Shown in pieces: positions 52,801 to 64,000 of a stretch of DNA of 64,000 bases. The stretch lies in contig KZ537971.1 of assembly GCA_000934665.2 (NCBI GenBank), forward strand, positions 124,001 through 188,000, written 5' to 3'. The DNA comes from Catajapyx aquilonaris (lineage: Eukaryota). The first letter of the stretch is position 1, and each line of letters opens with the position of its first letter. The notes under the pieces were generated by a model. The model did not search any database. It saw only the letters and a program-made list of their open reading frames with translations, and was not told the DNA's origin. The position numbers and the translations under genes are program-made.

Positions 52801-53525
52801 CAGGCCGAGTCCAATGGAAGAGGATCCCGCCGGATTTCACAGTCTCAGCTGGGATTTTATCAGATTCTTTCCCGATAAAAACATGCCATAAAGTATTGCC
52901 TTCAACATTAACGCATTACCCACGACGAAATCTGTGCCACCATGAAATCGGGCCCATATATTTCACCCCCACAATTCGTCCACTTGTCTTGATTGCTCCA
53001 TTTCTGTCCCCCAGAATTAAGCGACGAGCCCATAGTGTTGTTCGCTACATGCATAAAAATGTCCTGATCTTGTTCTGAAAGTGTTTTGTTCCCCTACTCG
53101 GTACGTGGGTACGTGCCATTGACAAGTGCGACTAACTAGTCCATATAAAAACCTGTAGCTAATTGAATCCTCCACAATTGAATGGAATCGAATGTATAAA
53201 ATAATCCCAACCCGTCGACATCCCCGCATCTACTCTAAATGATTTTCTGGTCTCCGAGTATGCACTCCCCACTTGAAGCCGGTTAAAATGAGATGGATCT
53301 GTGGGCCAACACAAAGGAATCCAGCATGATGTTAATGGAAACGTCACAACTCGTTTGAATCCGTAATGAGATTCTGTGTACTTTTGGGCTCCTCCACGAT
53401 TTTTGAGTGTAGAGGGGAAGTTGAAACGGCTTGGGAATTCCAGCTAGCTCGATTGTACGCCATTAGTCCCCGGATTGAACCCCGAGCGGCCATTTAGGAC
53501 GACTCTATCCCCCCCTCTCTACTCT

Positions 53526-53584
53526 CATCCATCCATCCTATATATACCCCCACCCAAACCCATCCATCCATCCCATCCATCCAT
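53526..53584. repeat. Degenerate (CATC)n tetranucleotide repeat
   Basis: Interrupted catccatccatcc blocks. Confidence 0.8.
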
Positions 53585-56500
53585 ACATGAGCGACAAATA
53601 AAACCCAGCGCGGTAATAATCGATCGCGTCACGCTGAGTTGGATCCGGGTTGGCGTTCATCAACGGTCGTGAAAATGTACCCGAATTGCCCTTTACTAAT
53701 GGCTGTTACCTGCCTCCTGACCCATGCCCAGGAAATGGAACTGCGGTTGGTTACCCCTGGCCCCCCACGCCCTCTCAATGTTCCACAACCTTGACCGAAA
53801 TTTGCAAGGATTCTGATGGGAAACCCACGACCTTCCTTAACATGTGGTGCAGTAGGAGGGGGGGCACGATTTAATGCAAGTCATTACCTGAAGTAGCCTC
53901 ATAACCGGCATACTCTGCGTGTACGCTGCCCATTGACATATCCAATTATCGTTCGCTCCAGGTGCTCTTCCCATTGTCAGCTGGTGCTTGATTGAGCATC
54001 AACAACTGCCTTCATCTCTTCATCTCTTGTGTAGATTATGCATTCATTGCAGGGATGATCACTTTACCATGATCACAATTTCAAGAGAGCATTTACGCTG
54101 ATTGAAGCAGATACTCCTGATATTACATCACCCCTACGCAGATGCGACCAACATTGTTCTTTGTTGATCACATTTTGCGCATAATGACCTGAAAAACCTG
54201 ATGTAGCATATATCGGCGTGAATGACCCTGTGTTATTGGTGTTACAAGCGAATTGGTTAAAAAAAGAGCTGCTGAATATGACATTTGCTACCTTGGTCCA
54301 GAAATGGCTATAATTAATGATGACATTAAGACGAGACGACATGAAGCTTCGGAGCTCACAAAAGCACTTACAAAAGTTGGAGAAACATTACAGGCAGGCC
54401 TACACGTCGTCTCTACAAAACTATAATAGAGTCGGTGGCCTCGAGTACAAAACATATTCGCAACAAATAAAAAGAAACGTCGAGGAAAATCACCTCACTC
54501 CGATAACGACGCCCTAAAGAGTTGATTCAGCGCCTGCAATAGGCTTATTATTGAACAGCATTAAAAAGTTTTCAAATATAAGGTTATAGTATCTCGCAGT
54601 GGTGCAGAGGAAACTATACAACAAGTAATTCTCCAGCCAGTTCCCAAAGCAATTTCACTATCTCATTGCTGCGGAAAAGGAATTCAGTACAGTGGTTATT
54701 ACAAATGCCAGTGGATCTTCCCCATCGAAAGTGGAAGTGTTCCAAACGTGCTTCAAACATTTGCAAGCATTAAGCCAGGCACCAATGGAGCTCTTTGTCG
54801 GGAACACATCGCCTATCGGATTTGACTGGAAACGCTTCAACCCGACAACCCCCCCTTCTTTTTTTATATAAAAAAAAGAGAGTGGGACCACTGGGGGGTT
54901 GGTAGTTCATGCCTTCAAAAATGGCGCACAACTTCCAAGGCGGGGAATAAATTGATTACAGCCTCCTCCCCGCATACAATATCTCTCATATGCAAATGAA
55001 GCCAGCTAACAAATCAAAGTGGAGGAGGCCATTTTCCGGAACTGCTGCAGATGAAGTGCACTTTTCCAGCCTCTGATTTACGACCGCTTGTTCTTTATTC
55101 CCGCAACTGAGCCGTATAAGCAAATATCCGGAGGGAAAGATTGGGTAATTTATTTTAGAAATTACAATAACGATAAGTGTCGCCGACGAATTGAAATGTA
55201 TAGGCTCGGTGCAGACATTTTATTTCTTGCGGAAGGGACTTGGCGTTCAAAATCACACTTCCGATAAAATTTATTTGCCTTCGCTTCTTCCGCCACGAAT
55301 ATTACTGTGTTACATTACACCTGGGATGGTTTGACGGTAATTGACATATTCTCATCTTCAGCTTGTCAATTTAAAGCACGTTATTCTTGATGCACATTCA
55401 TCACTTACTCGTACAAATGCTACTGATAAATTATCAGCAGCATAAATGACCAGCTTCTTTGAAAAAATATACATCACTATAAACAGCATACACTGCAGTT
55501 CCAAAATAAATGAACGTTTTTTGTTCCAGTTTTAGCGAGTCATTCTCTCCTCACGTCAGGGTGGAAAAGGATCAATCATTTACCAATATTTCCAGAACTT
55601 AGGATGTAACCTGAATTTAAATCACTGGATAGAAAAACCCGAACTTTCCTACCCTTACCCAGCCCTTCTTTTTTTTTCATTGGGTGTATACTGCAAAAGG
55701 CGCATTTCCTGGAGGCCTTGGCAAGAGTTAAAACGTTGACTCTGTAGAGATTGATTCCCAACGTCTCCATAGAGTCGGCTTGGATCCGGAAATCCTTTGG
55801 GATGCTGCAGGATAAGCTTCAATTTTCTCAGATGGGTATGCCTCCCTCTTCCCCTCCTTCCCCCTCTTTCCCTCCCACTATTCGCCCAATGCCTCACTTC
55901 CAACTTACACCCCCCTCCTTCCCAAGTCCCCCTACAGCCAGACGCAGTTCAATATACAAAATACACCAGGAAGCCCCTGTGCTGATACGCTGTAGTCCCG
56001 GAAGTAATCAGGCATTCGTATCGATGCTGTCAGTAGCCCTCGACTGCCGCCTAGCGTGTTGTTAGAGTCAAAATTAATCAGTGCATGTCTACACATGCCA
56101 CATCAGGACACGTTATTAGTGGCACATTCCGGCATGACACACCGACATCTGACGAGCAGACCATCAGTTAACCTCCACCTAAGAAATCCAATCTGCAATC
56201 CATCAGACACCATTTCAAAACAGCGGCTTTAAAATTGGCATGGCAATGTCCAGAGCTGACCATCTCCAAAGTTCTAAAAAGTTGCGGAGACCTTGTAGCC
56301 CGGATTTTGTCGAGAGACGCGCATGGAATTGTGCAAAGTCCGGCAGATGAAGCAGCTGGTCCAAATGACCCGTGGCATAAATCACATTCATTAATAACCC
56401 GCGGGTTTTGCGGAGGACGTTCCGCCCTAATGGGGATTTAATTGAGGGAGGCTGCGGAGCTGTAGCTTTACCATAAGAACTGAAGCACGTCTGCCTGACG

Positions 56501-57363
56501 ACTATTATGCCTAGGCTGTACATGAAGGATCACCTGCAACCTCCCACCTGACTCCATGCACGATTCTCAGGTCCGTTTGTCTGCACCCCTTTTGCTCCGT
56601 GCACGTTTCAGGACATCACATGTCCAGGACATGTCCCTTTAGCCTCATTCATTTCGTCAGAGCCACGGTGTTGCCAGTGGCCTGCTTTGTGTCTTGAACA
56701 TTGCCACCATGCCCAAGCAGGTGATGTTGCCTGGGAGATTCGAAACTTCATCTCCCAAAACTCCGTTACCAATCACGGAACACATCATTACCGAGTTGGT
56801 CTGACCCTATTCTGCTATGGGAAGTGGATGCTATGAGGTGACGCAGTCTGCAGAGGTGAAGGAAACGCGGATGGGAAAGTGAGGAAGTAGATAGGCACTT
56901 GTGGTGTGTAGTCATGAATAAGAAAGTATTCACCCTGCCGAAGACTGGAGGGTGCGTATCTTATTTTTTAGAAATCGATGACCAAAAAATTGCTACTCCT
57001 ACAAGCCAGGGAAAACCCAGGACAAAAATATACACACTGTGTTGATCCCCTTTGGCGTATGAATCACACGTCAGTTTGGATCAGTAGTGTGCAATTTATT
57101 TTTGTAATTTGTTAACTCTGAAAAGGGCCCATCCATATACTCGGACACCGTGCGCAAAAATTCGATATTTCCCACCACACAATTCAGCATCACATTCTGC
57201 CACGGACTTTGTACTCACCTGGATTATTATAGCATCACAGAGCGTAAAAGCTGAGCAACTTTAAATACTATCAGTTTGATATTTATATTCGTTGAAAAGT
57301 CGCCCCGAGAACCGGTTCCACCTCTCCGTGGTACAGTGCGACTAAAACTGATAGTTTTATTAA

Positions 57364-57618
57364 CATTGGAATCGTGACGTGGGGTCTTTTAGGACTCCAC
57401 CCATATTTTTATTTTTATTAATTTTTATATAATACTTTTCAATGTACTGACTATATGCAATCATTCTTTGAACAATGCCTAAAATGATCGCTAATTCTAA
57501 ATAAACATGCACTTCCTGTTATACACTTTTTAAAATGACAGAAGTTCATTATACCTATCATTTTAATGAATTTTAATTCCTTTGTGGTCCTAAAAGACCC
57601 CACGTCACGGTTCCAGGG
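57364..57618. mobile_element. piggyBac-type MITE, 255 bp
   Basis: TTAA on both sides (57360-57363, 57619-57622). ~32-bp terminal inverted repeats (TIRs) cattggaatcgtgacgtggggtcttttaggac / gtcctaaaagaccccacgtcacggttccaggg. AT-rich non-coding interior. Confidence 0.9.
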
Positions 57619-59950
57619 TTAATCATATTATTAGCGGGAATTTACAAACAGTTTATATTAGCAACAATAGGAATAGGAAACATAGTTTTTCTATTAATTT
57701 ATCTAATAATTTCACTAATTAAGAGAGAAGCTGCCAATATTACCAGTATTGACTACTTTTTTTTGCATCTGACTTTGCAGAGTACTCCCAGGAGAACTCG
57801 AGATGTTTAATAATCTTAACCAGTAGTGTCGCAAGATTTAATAACTCTAATGCCGAAAGCGAGAAAGTCTGAATAAATTGTTCCTAGCGAAAGTCAATGT
57901 CCCTGTATATCATCCTGGAAGGCAATAGAGTCAAATTTTCCAACAAGTTTCGAGCATAGTCTAGACTCACAGCTTCAATTTTATTCGCCCAGCGAAATTT
58001 TCTGCTTGGCCTCTCCTCTTTTCTCGGATGAATTAATGAAGAAACCGTCATTAAAAGTCCGAGGACCACAGATTGTTTGCTTTAGTTTGGGGAATTGGGC
58101 TTGGCGTCGTTGTAAAAGGGGGGGGGGGGAGGCTGAGCAGGAAGAAGACCTGATTCCAGCGATGAGATGCGGGAGGGAAGAAGAAGAACCCCGGCAAAAT
58201 TCCTGGAAGTTCTCCAGGAAAAGGGAACCTTGTACCTTCCTAATTCTATTCCGCTCTGCTTAATGTCCATTATTACGGACGGACTTCCAAAACCAACTCG
58301 ACTTCAAGCATTCACGCCACACTTTCCTGCGTTGACAAAAACGACTCTAACCGGACTAATTCAACACGCTTCCTGCTGACGAACTAAAGCCGCTTCTTAT
58401 TCACAGTCCCGCAGCACTGCAAACGACTTCCCCGCGGAATAATCCGTACGCTGTAATTCTTTTGATGATGTAGCCACTTGTGCTTTGATGCATTATACCT
58501 TTTTTTTCATATCCATGCCCTGCCCTCCCAATATTACAGCCGTTGATGGATTCGTGCCCATCAGACCGTACATGTGCAGCAGCCAAGTCCGAAGGTGAAA
58601 AGAAGCAGCACCATCTCACCTGATGAGCATCACAGATCCCCAGGACCCCAGAGTGAAGCAATCTGAAAAGACCTTCCTTCCTTTTCCCTTTCCTATACAC
58701 ACTATACTTCCTTCTGCATCATCTGCAATGTAAATCCTATCCCGCCAGCTCCACCCCAAAAAAAAGGAGTTGCCCTGGAATCATTTTCCCGGCTCCCAAA
58801 AGCGAGCAAAAGGGATTTTCTCGGCGAGGAGACTCCTTTTCAAGCCAACCATCCCTTCGAAGTCCCCGAGGGCACTTCTCTCAGTGGTCAGCTGCTCCAC
58901 CCTTCACCCTCTATCTCTCACCCTCCTCCCCTTCTACTTCTCTCTCACACCATTCCCGCACTCGCTGATGGCCTCTCATTTGCATTCCCCCGGAAGTACA
59001 CATTGTTTCTTCTGGTTCACAAGCGGAGAGGGAATATCCACTTTGCCTATAGAGTGGTCAAGTGCTGTGCAAACTGCAACAGCAGTCAGATAAATTTCTG
59101 AACTAAATTTTTTGTTACATCAATTTTCGCCAATAGCCGTTTTCAAACATTTCCTGCCATTATCTGGGGAGGTCCTAATACTGTAATTCCCACTATTATT
59201 TTGCAGATTAATCCAGGTGGTACAGACATATTAAGAAGCATCTGAATGGAAAGTTGGGGCAGCGGGTCCGAAGGGGTTGAAATCTGTGCTGACGGATATA
59301 TCCCATTTCCCTTGGGCCAGCTCTTCCTTGATCCGGGGAAAGGCGAGGAGTAAATTTCAATCACGCCTGTACCCTCCCCCCCCCTCTCTCACTTTCTGGC
59401 ACCCCCTCCTTCGCCCCCGCCATCGCGATTCCCTCCAGGATCTCCTTTCCTCTTTTCCCATTCTGGGCCCAACATCCGGACGCCCCCCAATTGTGATTCC
59501 TTCCCTCAGCCTAAGTCCGGTCCAGGACCTCCTTCCCGACCCCAACAACGTTTTATCATCTCCTGTGAATCGAATTACCAATTCCTCTCCCCCTTCTAAC
59601 TCCCACCTCTTCGTGCTATTCCTCCAAAAAAATCGTGGGAGAGAAGAGGGCAAAAGAAGATGAAAAAATAAATAAAAAAAAAAATGAAGGGTGGTAACTG
59701 CGGGTTAGCACCAATGAGTTTTCTTCACTTTGGGAAGTCAGAGCGAGTTTGGGAGGAAAGCAATTCTTGGTACACCTTAGGGGATAAATGGTGGTCTCTG
59801 CTTGTGGTTTTCCCTGCTCCTATAATTCGGGGAGGGCTGGTAACACCCGAGTTTGTTTCAAAGGCGACGAACTTCCCTTTTCCAGTTCAAACTAAGTTGC
59901 GATGGGGATATACGCAGCATGCAACCTCTGCAGGGACAGTATGCGAAAGT

Positions 59951-60052
59951 GACGTCATTCAACTTGTGAGTTGGGAGACCCCTCTGCCTCCAAATCAAAG
60001 CTCCTTTCCCCCTACAACCTATACTTACTTCCGTTCACAGGGAGCCAGGTAG
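59951..60052 (+). pseudogene. Possible decayed LINE AP-endonuclease fragment
   Basis: DVIQLVSWETPLPPNQSSFPPTTYTYFRSQ loosely resembles APE D-I-I-x-L-x-E-T-x-L...P-x-Y-x-x-F-R; short and unsupported by flanking sequence. Confidence 0.15.
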
Positions 60053-62052
60053 TGTCTAGCCTTAAGGGGACTCAAGCTCACCTATAAACTCCGCAACCAA
60101 TTACTTTGTCACAGGCACAACTTCTGCAGCAAGTTTCGGTCTAGGGTCTGCACGCAATAACGCCAAAGTTTGCCCCTGGCATAATTAATTGTCATTCATT
60201 GCATATTAATCTCAGCCAGTGGTGTAAGAGGGGGTAGCGTTTTACTTATTAGCAACTCGATTGAGGCCTTGGTTTTGGCAGCAATTTGCTCCTCATGAAG
60301 TGGTTTTATCCTGTGCCTTGAAAGGGGGAACCCGATTTGGACATGGCTTGGTGTCAGCTTAAGAGTGTGGGTGAAAGGCAGGCACACAAGCTGATGTGTC
60401 TCAGCCTTTTATCGTCTTTGTTTGCGTCTTGCCCTTGTCTTTTACTGTAACCGCTTGCACTCAGCTGCCTATAGCTTTGTCTTTGTGGTTCGGTCCCTTT
60501 GGGATGCGTCTTTTCTCCTCGGGCATTGACGCTCTAAGTGATGTGCCAACTTGTAACCATCACTGCCATCTGTTGAATAAGTGAAGCTCTAACTGATATA
60601 GCAAAAGTTGCAACACAAGATGCAGATATCACTCGCAATGCGATGTCATGTCCAGCAAAAAATAAATTCTGCTGTCATGCATGAAGCACTGTACGCTTCA
60701 TACAGTGGAAGCCTGTGGCATTTTAATGAACATTTTCTGCTATTTTGCGTTCACATCCAGTCTAGCTGGTCCCTTATACGATGAGCACACTATTAGGTAA
60801 TGAATTGACATTGTTTAGGCAGGTCAAGGCAGAAAGGCTTGAAAACTAGAAAAGATCACACCAAGTCTGAAAGGTAGCCTACTGTGGAAAGTACAAATGA
60901 GTGTTTCCATGTTCGTATCTGCCACGGTATTTTCATTTCATTTTGAATGCAAATGACGGGGGTTCGGAACTTTCCGACTACCCTGCATTCTGCAAGTATT
61001 AGGCTATGATGGAGAACCATTTAATAGCAAAGACAGTATGCTACTTTTATGCAATGATATAAGTCAGACACAGAAGATTATAGGCTATAGTTACAAAATA
61101 ATGTAGACCTATGCAATCTAGGCTCAGGGTAACAAATTACTAAATATCGTTTTGAGAGAGAAAAACTACATATGTGTTTTGAACTTAATCGGATCTATTC
61201 TGGTGCCGAACTTGATATAAAGGGTAATGACGGTCATATCATCTTTAAAATGACAATGAATTAGAAGCATTACAACGATAAATTGTGAACATAACATTGC
61301 CATTATACCAGCAGGAAGCAAAAAAACTCGTCGCATGATCTGCATACTATTTTGCACACCACTGGTCGCAAGTCAAACCATGGACGAGGCCATGTTTTCA
61401 CTCAGTGTCAAGGCAAACGGCAACGACCAAAAACAATGCCCTTCTCTGCGAATCCTTGCATTCATAGAAGACTAAAGTCGGCAGTGAGTTTTTACGAGAC
61501 TCCAGAACTGGATTTCCATAAGCACTGCGTCCCAGAGATATGAGCTCCTCGGCCACCTATAAGGCGATCGAATCCACGACCTCTCCCGGGGACTCGGGTG
61601 ATCACCTCAGCACTCCCTTCAGAGATATGACCTCTCCCTCCCTCCCTCCTTCTTAGACACTGGAGCTACATGGAATCATTTATAGGCAGGGTCGTGATAG
61701 AAGCCAAGGAAAATGGTATGTGTATTATCAGAATACTTGAGACCCGGTCCGAGGGAAGATGAGATGGGCCTCGTGCCGTGCCAATGGCTCATCCTACTTA
61801 TTCTGGGCACGGGATTATTTGGGACGCCTTAGAAGGTTCGACATCAGTCAGTTTTCAGTACCAAAATTCACAGGGTGAGTCAGCTTTCTTGCAATTAGAC
61901 ACATCTGCGTGGCACTCATTCTGGAAGCAATATAGTGACTAGTAGGTTGCTAGTAGGCCTATTTCCCGGATTTTCTTCAGGTATAAGACGAATCTTAGAC
62001 TTATTCCAACTTGAAGTACCAAAATGCTCTGTACATTTTTTTTTTGCTTATA

Positions 62053-62251
62053 GGAGGCGTCGCTGCGGCGAACAATAAAAATTAAGTTTTGATTATGTTC
62101 GCACTGCGTGCATACGAAATATCCTGCAATGCATCACGCGTTGTGCATGGTTGCTAGACATGTGGTGTGATACCCAGGATATTATCTATACACGCAAAGA
62201 TAACGTATAATTGCTATTTGCTTTTTGTAGCACGCTGCAACGTCGCCTTCC
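62053..62251. mobile_element. ~200-bp imperfect palindrome (decayed foldback/MITE)
   Basis: ggaggcgtcgctgcggcg pairs with cgctgcaacgtcgccttcc; tgcgtgcatacgaaatatcctg pairs with caggatattatctatacacgca. Confidence 0.65.
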
Positions 62252-62397
62252 AGCATGAAATGATGTATGTTATGGACTTATGGTCTTATACCAAGGAATC
62301 GACCTACCTGACGCAATGTAGAGTTAGTTACTGACCACTTGCATAATGTAAATAAATAAATAAATGGAGGGTTAGATGATACTATAACTTACGAGTA

Positions 62398-62482
62398 CAG
62401 GGGCGGATCCATGGGGAGGGGCGGGGGCAACATTAATGCAGAATAGTTCCTCCCCCAAAATTCATCTCTGGATCCGCCCATG
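62398..62482. mobile_element. hAT-type MITE, 85 bp
   Basis: Perfect 8-bp TSD tacgagta (62390-62397, 62483-62490). 14-bp TIRs caggggcggatcca / tggatccgcccatg with 1 mismatch. Confidence 0.92.
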
Positions 62483-64000
62483 TACGAGTAATTAGAAATG
62501 TTGCAACCCACAGAACTACTCATTTTCAGCCGGAGGAGAGTATTAAACACCATTCTAATCAAAATGCAATCTTATCAGCAATATTCAGTATTCCATTCAT
62601 TAATGTCAATACATATTCAATTTTGGGCATTTGAAATTACCCTAAAGCCTAAACCGACCTGGTAACTACACAGAATAACACTCTATTATACTTCGCCAAT
62701 AATTCAGATGTGGTAATTGAGCAGGTGCACGTGACAACTCCATGTATCGATGGATTTTTAAATCCGACTTCCTTATTTGGTCAAACAATACAGCATTTTA
62801 GTGCAATCCTTTCCCAATTTTATTTCCGTGTGCACATTTTTAAATCGCGCCCTGGCAGAGCAGAAAAAGGCCAATCAATCATTCCTTTATGGTACCATTG
62901 CACCGGTGTGGCATCAAAGCTTGATCAAAGCCCGATTAGATCCAGGTCTGCTGACATTATTATTTTTTCGACGAACCAGTCAGTCATTCAGTCAATCAGT
63001 GAGTCAGTTCACTCACACATTTAGCGAAAAACAGTGGTCAGAACAACCAGCATGTATTTTATGGACCAAACCCTCCAGTGTGAGCTTAATCCGTCATTTA
63101 TCATTGTAATCGTTGGTAATATTCCACTGAGGGGAAGAGTGACTAGGATTTAATTCAAATGGACCAAACCGGGGCATTTTTCCACCGCATTTTCCTAAGT
63201 TTTCAAGTGCAGCCTACTTGCCTTATTCAAAAGGTTAAAGAGAAGCCCAAACCTGTTTCTCAATATCTAGCTCTTATACTGCCATACTGGGCATTATTAT
63301 TGCACCAGTGTGTGTCATCCCCATCTCTTTCTTCAAAAGCCCAAGCCCTAGGCCACCATACATCAGGTCTGTCCCTGCCAATAAGGCCACATGCCCTGGG
63401 AACCGCAGTCAATCAATGGCCACCACGGCACGCCAACCTGTACTATAAAAATAAGCACTTACTCTGCTGGTAGCTTTGCGAGCCATCTTGATTGACAGGC
63501 CAGCAGCAGCAGCAGTCCTTTCCTGGAAGAAGATGCAGGCCTCTCGTTTTCTGCAGGGATGATTGACGCGCACTTGCTTGTCAGGTGCAGCGGCTGAACA
63601 TGCCAAATCTTGCTCAAATAGGAGACTGGAGGAGGGTTGCACCATACTTAGAAAGGGGGGAGTCAGCCTCACCTTGCCAAATTAAATTATCCACTGGGCA
63701 ACACATAATTATTCAGGTAAATAGCAACAAAAGTAAATATCATTAGTCTGAGAGTTAGTCAAAAATATTATGAAGAGCTGCCATAGATTCCACTGGAGAA
63801 ACTCATTCTCACCCAGCTTTCATTTGCATAAGTGATGGTTATTTTATTACCTTCATTACCCTACAAATAGCTGAATGCTGACAACATACGAAGTAGAATT
63901 ATGTCAACCATGGGGCTGGTATACCCCAGGAGGCCCAGGTCAGCTGAGTACAAAGGGGAACATTTTAGTGATTTCCTCCTTCCTCGAAAATTATGGGCCA

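Noticed and set aside
53881..53968. Partial matches to miR-275 (tacctgaagtagc) and miR-305 (caggtgctct) close together
   Set aside because: Seed regions differ and neither sits in a hairpin; treated as coincidence.
349..63672. Supplied ORFs as protein-coding genes
   Set aside because: All are short, overlap on both strands and are often driven by microsatellites, G/C tracts or the N gap. None has a domain I recognise. Small spliced exons cannot be excluded without RNA data.

Overview
Eukaryotic, most likely animal, non-coding DNA from a draft assembly (a 109-N gap and one ambiguous base). An arthropod-like invertebrate is my guess from the SINE type, but the taxon cannot be fixed from sequence alone. 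I found no credible protein-coding gene, RNA gene or CRISPR array; the supplied ORFs look like chance or low-complexity frames. The window reads as a gene desert or large intron in which AT-rich spacers alternate with CpG-containing, purine/pyrimidine-skewed islands. Supported features are two full-length tRNA-derived SINEs with target-site duplications (TSDs) plus a decayed third copy, hAT-, piggyBac- and Harbinger-type MITEs, several decayed foldback palindromes, possible transposase and LINE relics, microsatellites and a 25-bp minisatellite. The two most notable observations are an ~90-bp module shared by SINEs with otherwise different architecture, and an apparent excess of the extended POU octamer ATGCAAATGA. 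I do not see convincing evidence of a wholly new biological system. All alignments and counts were done by eye.
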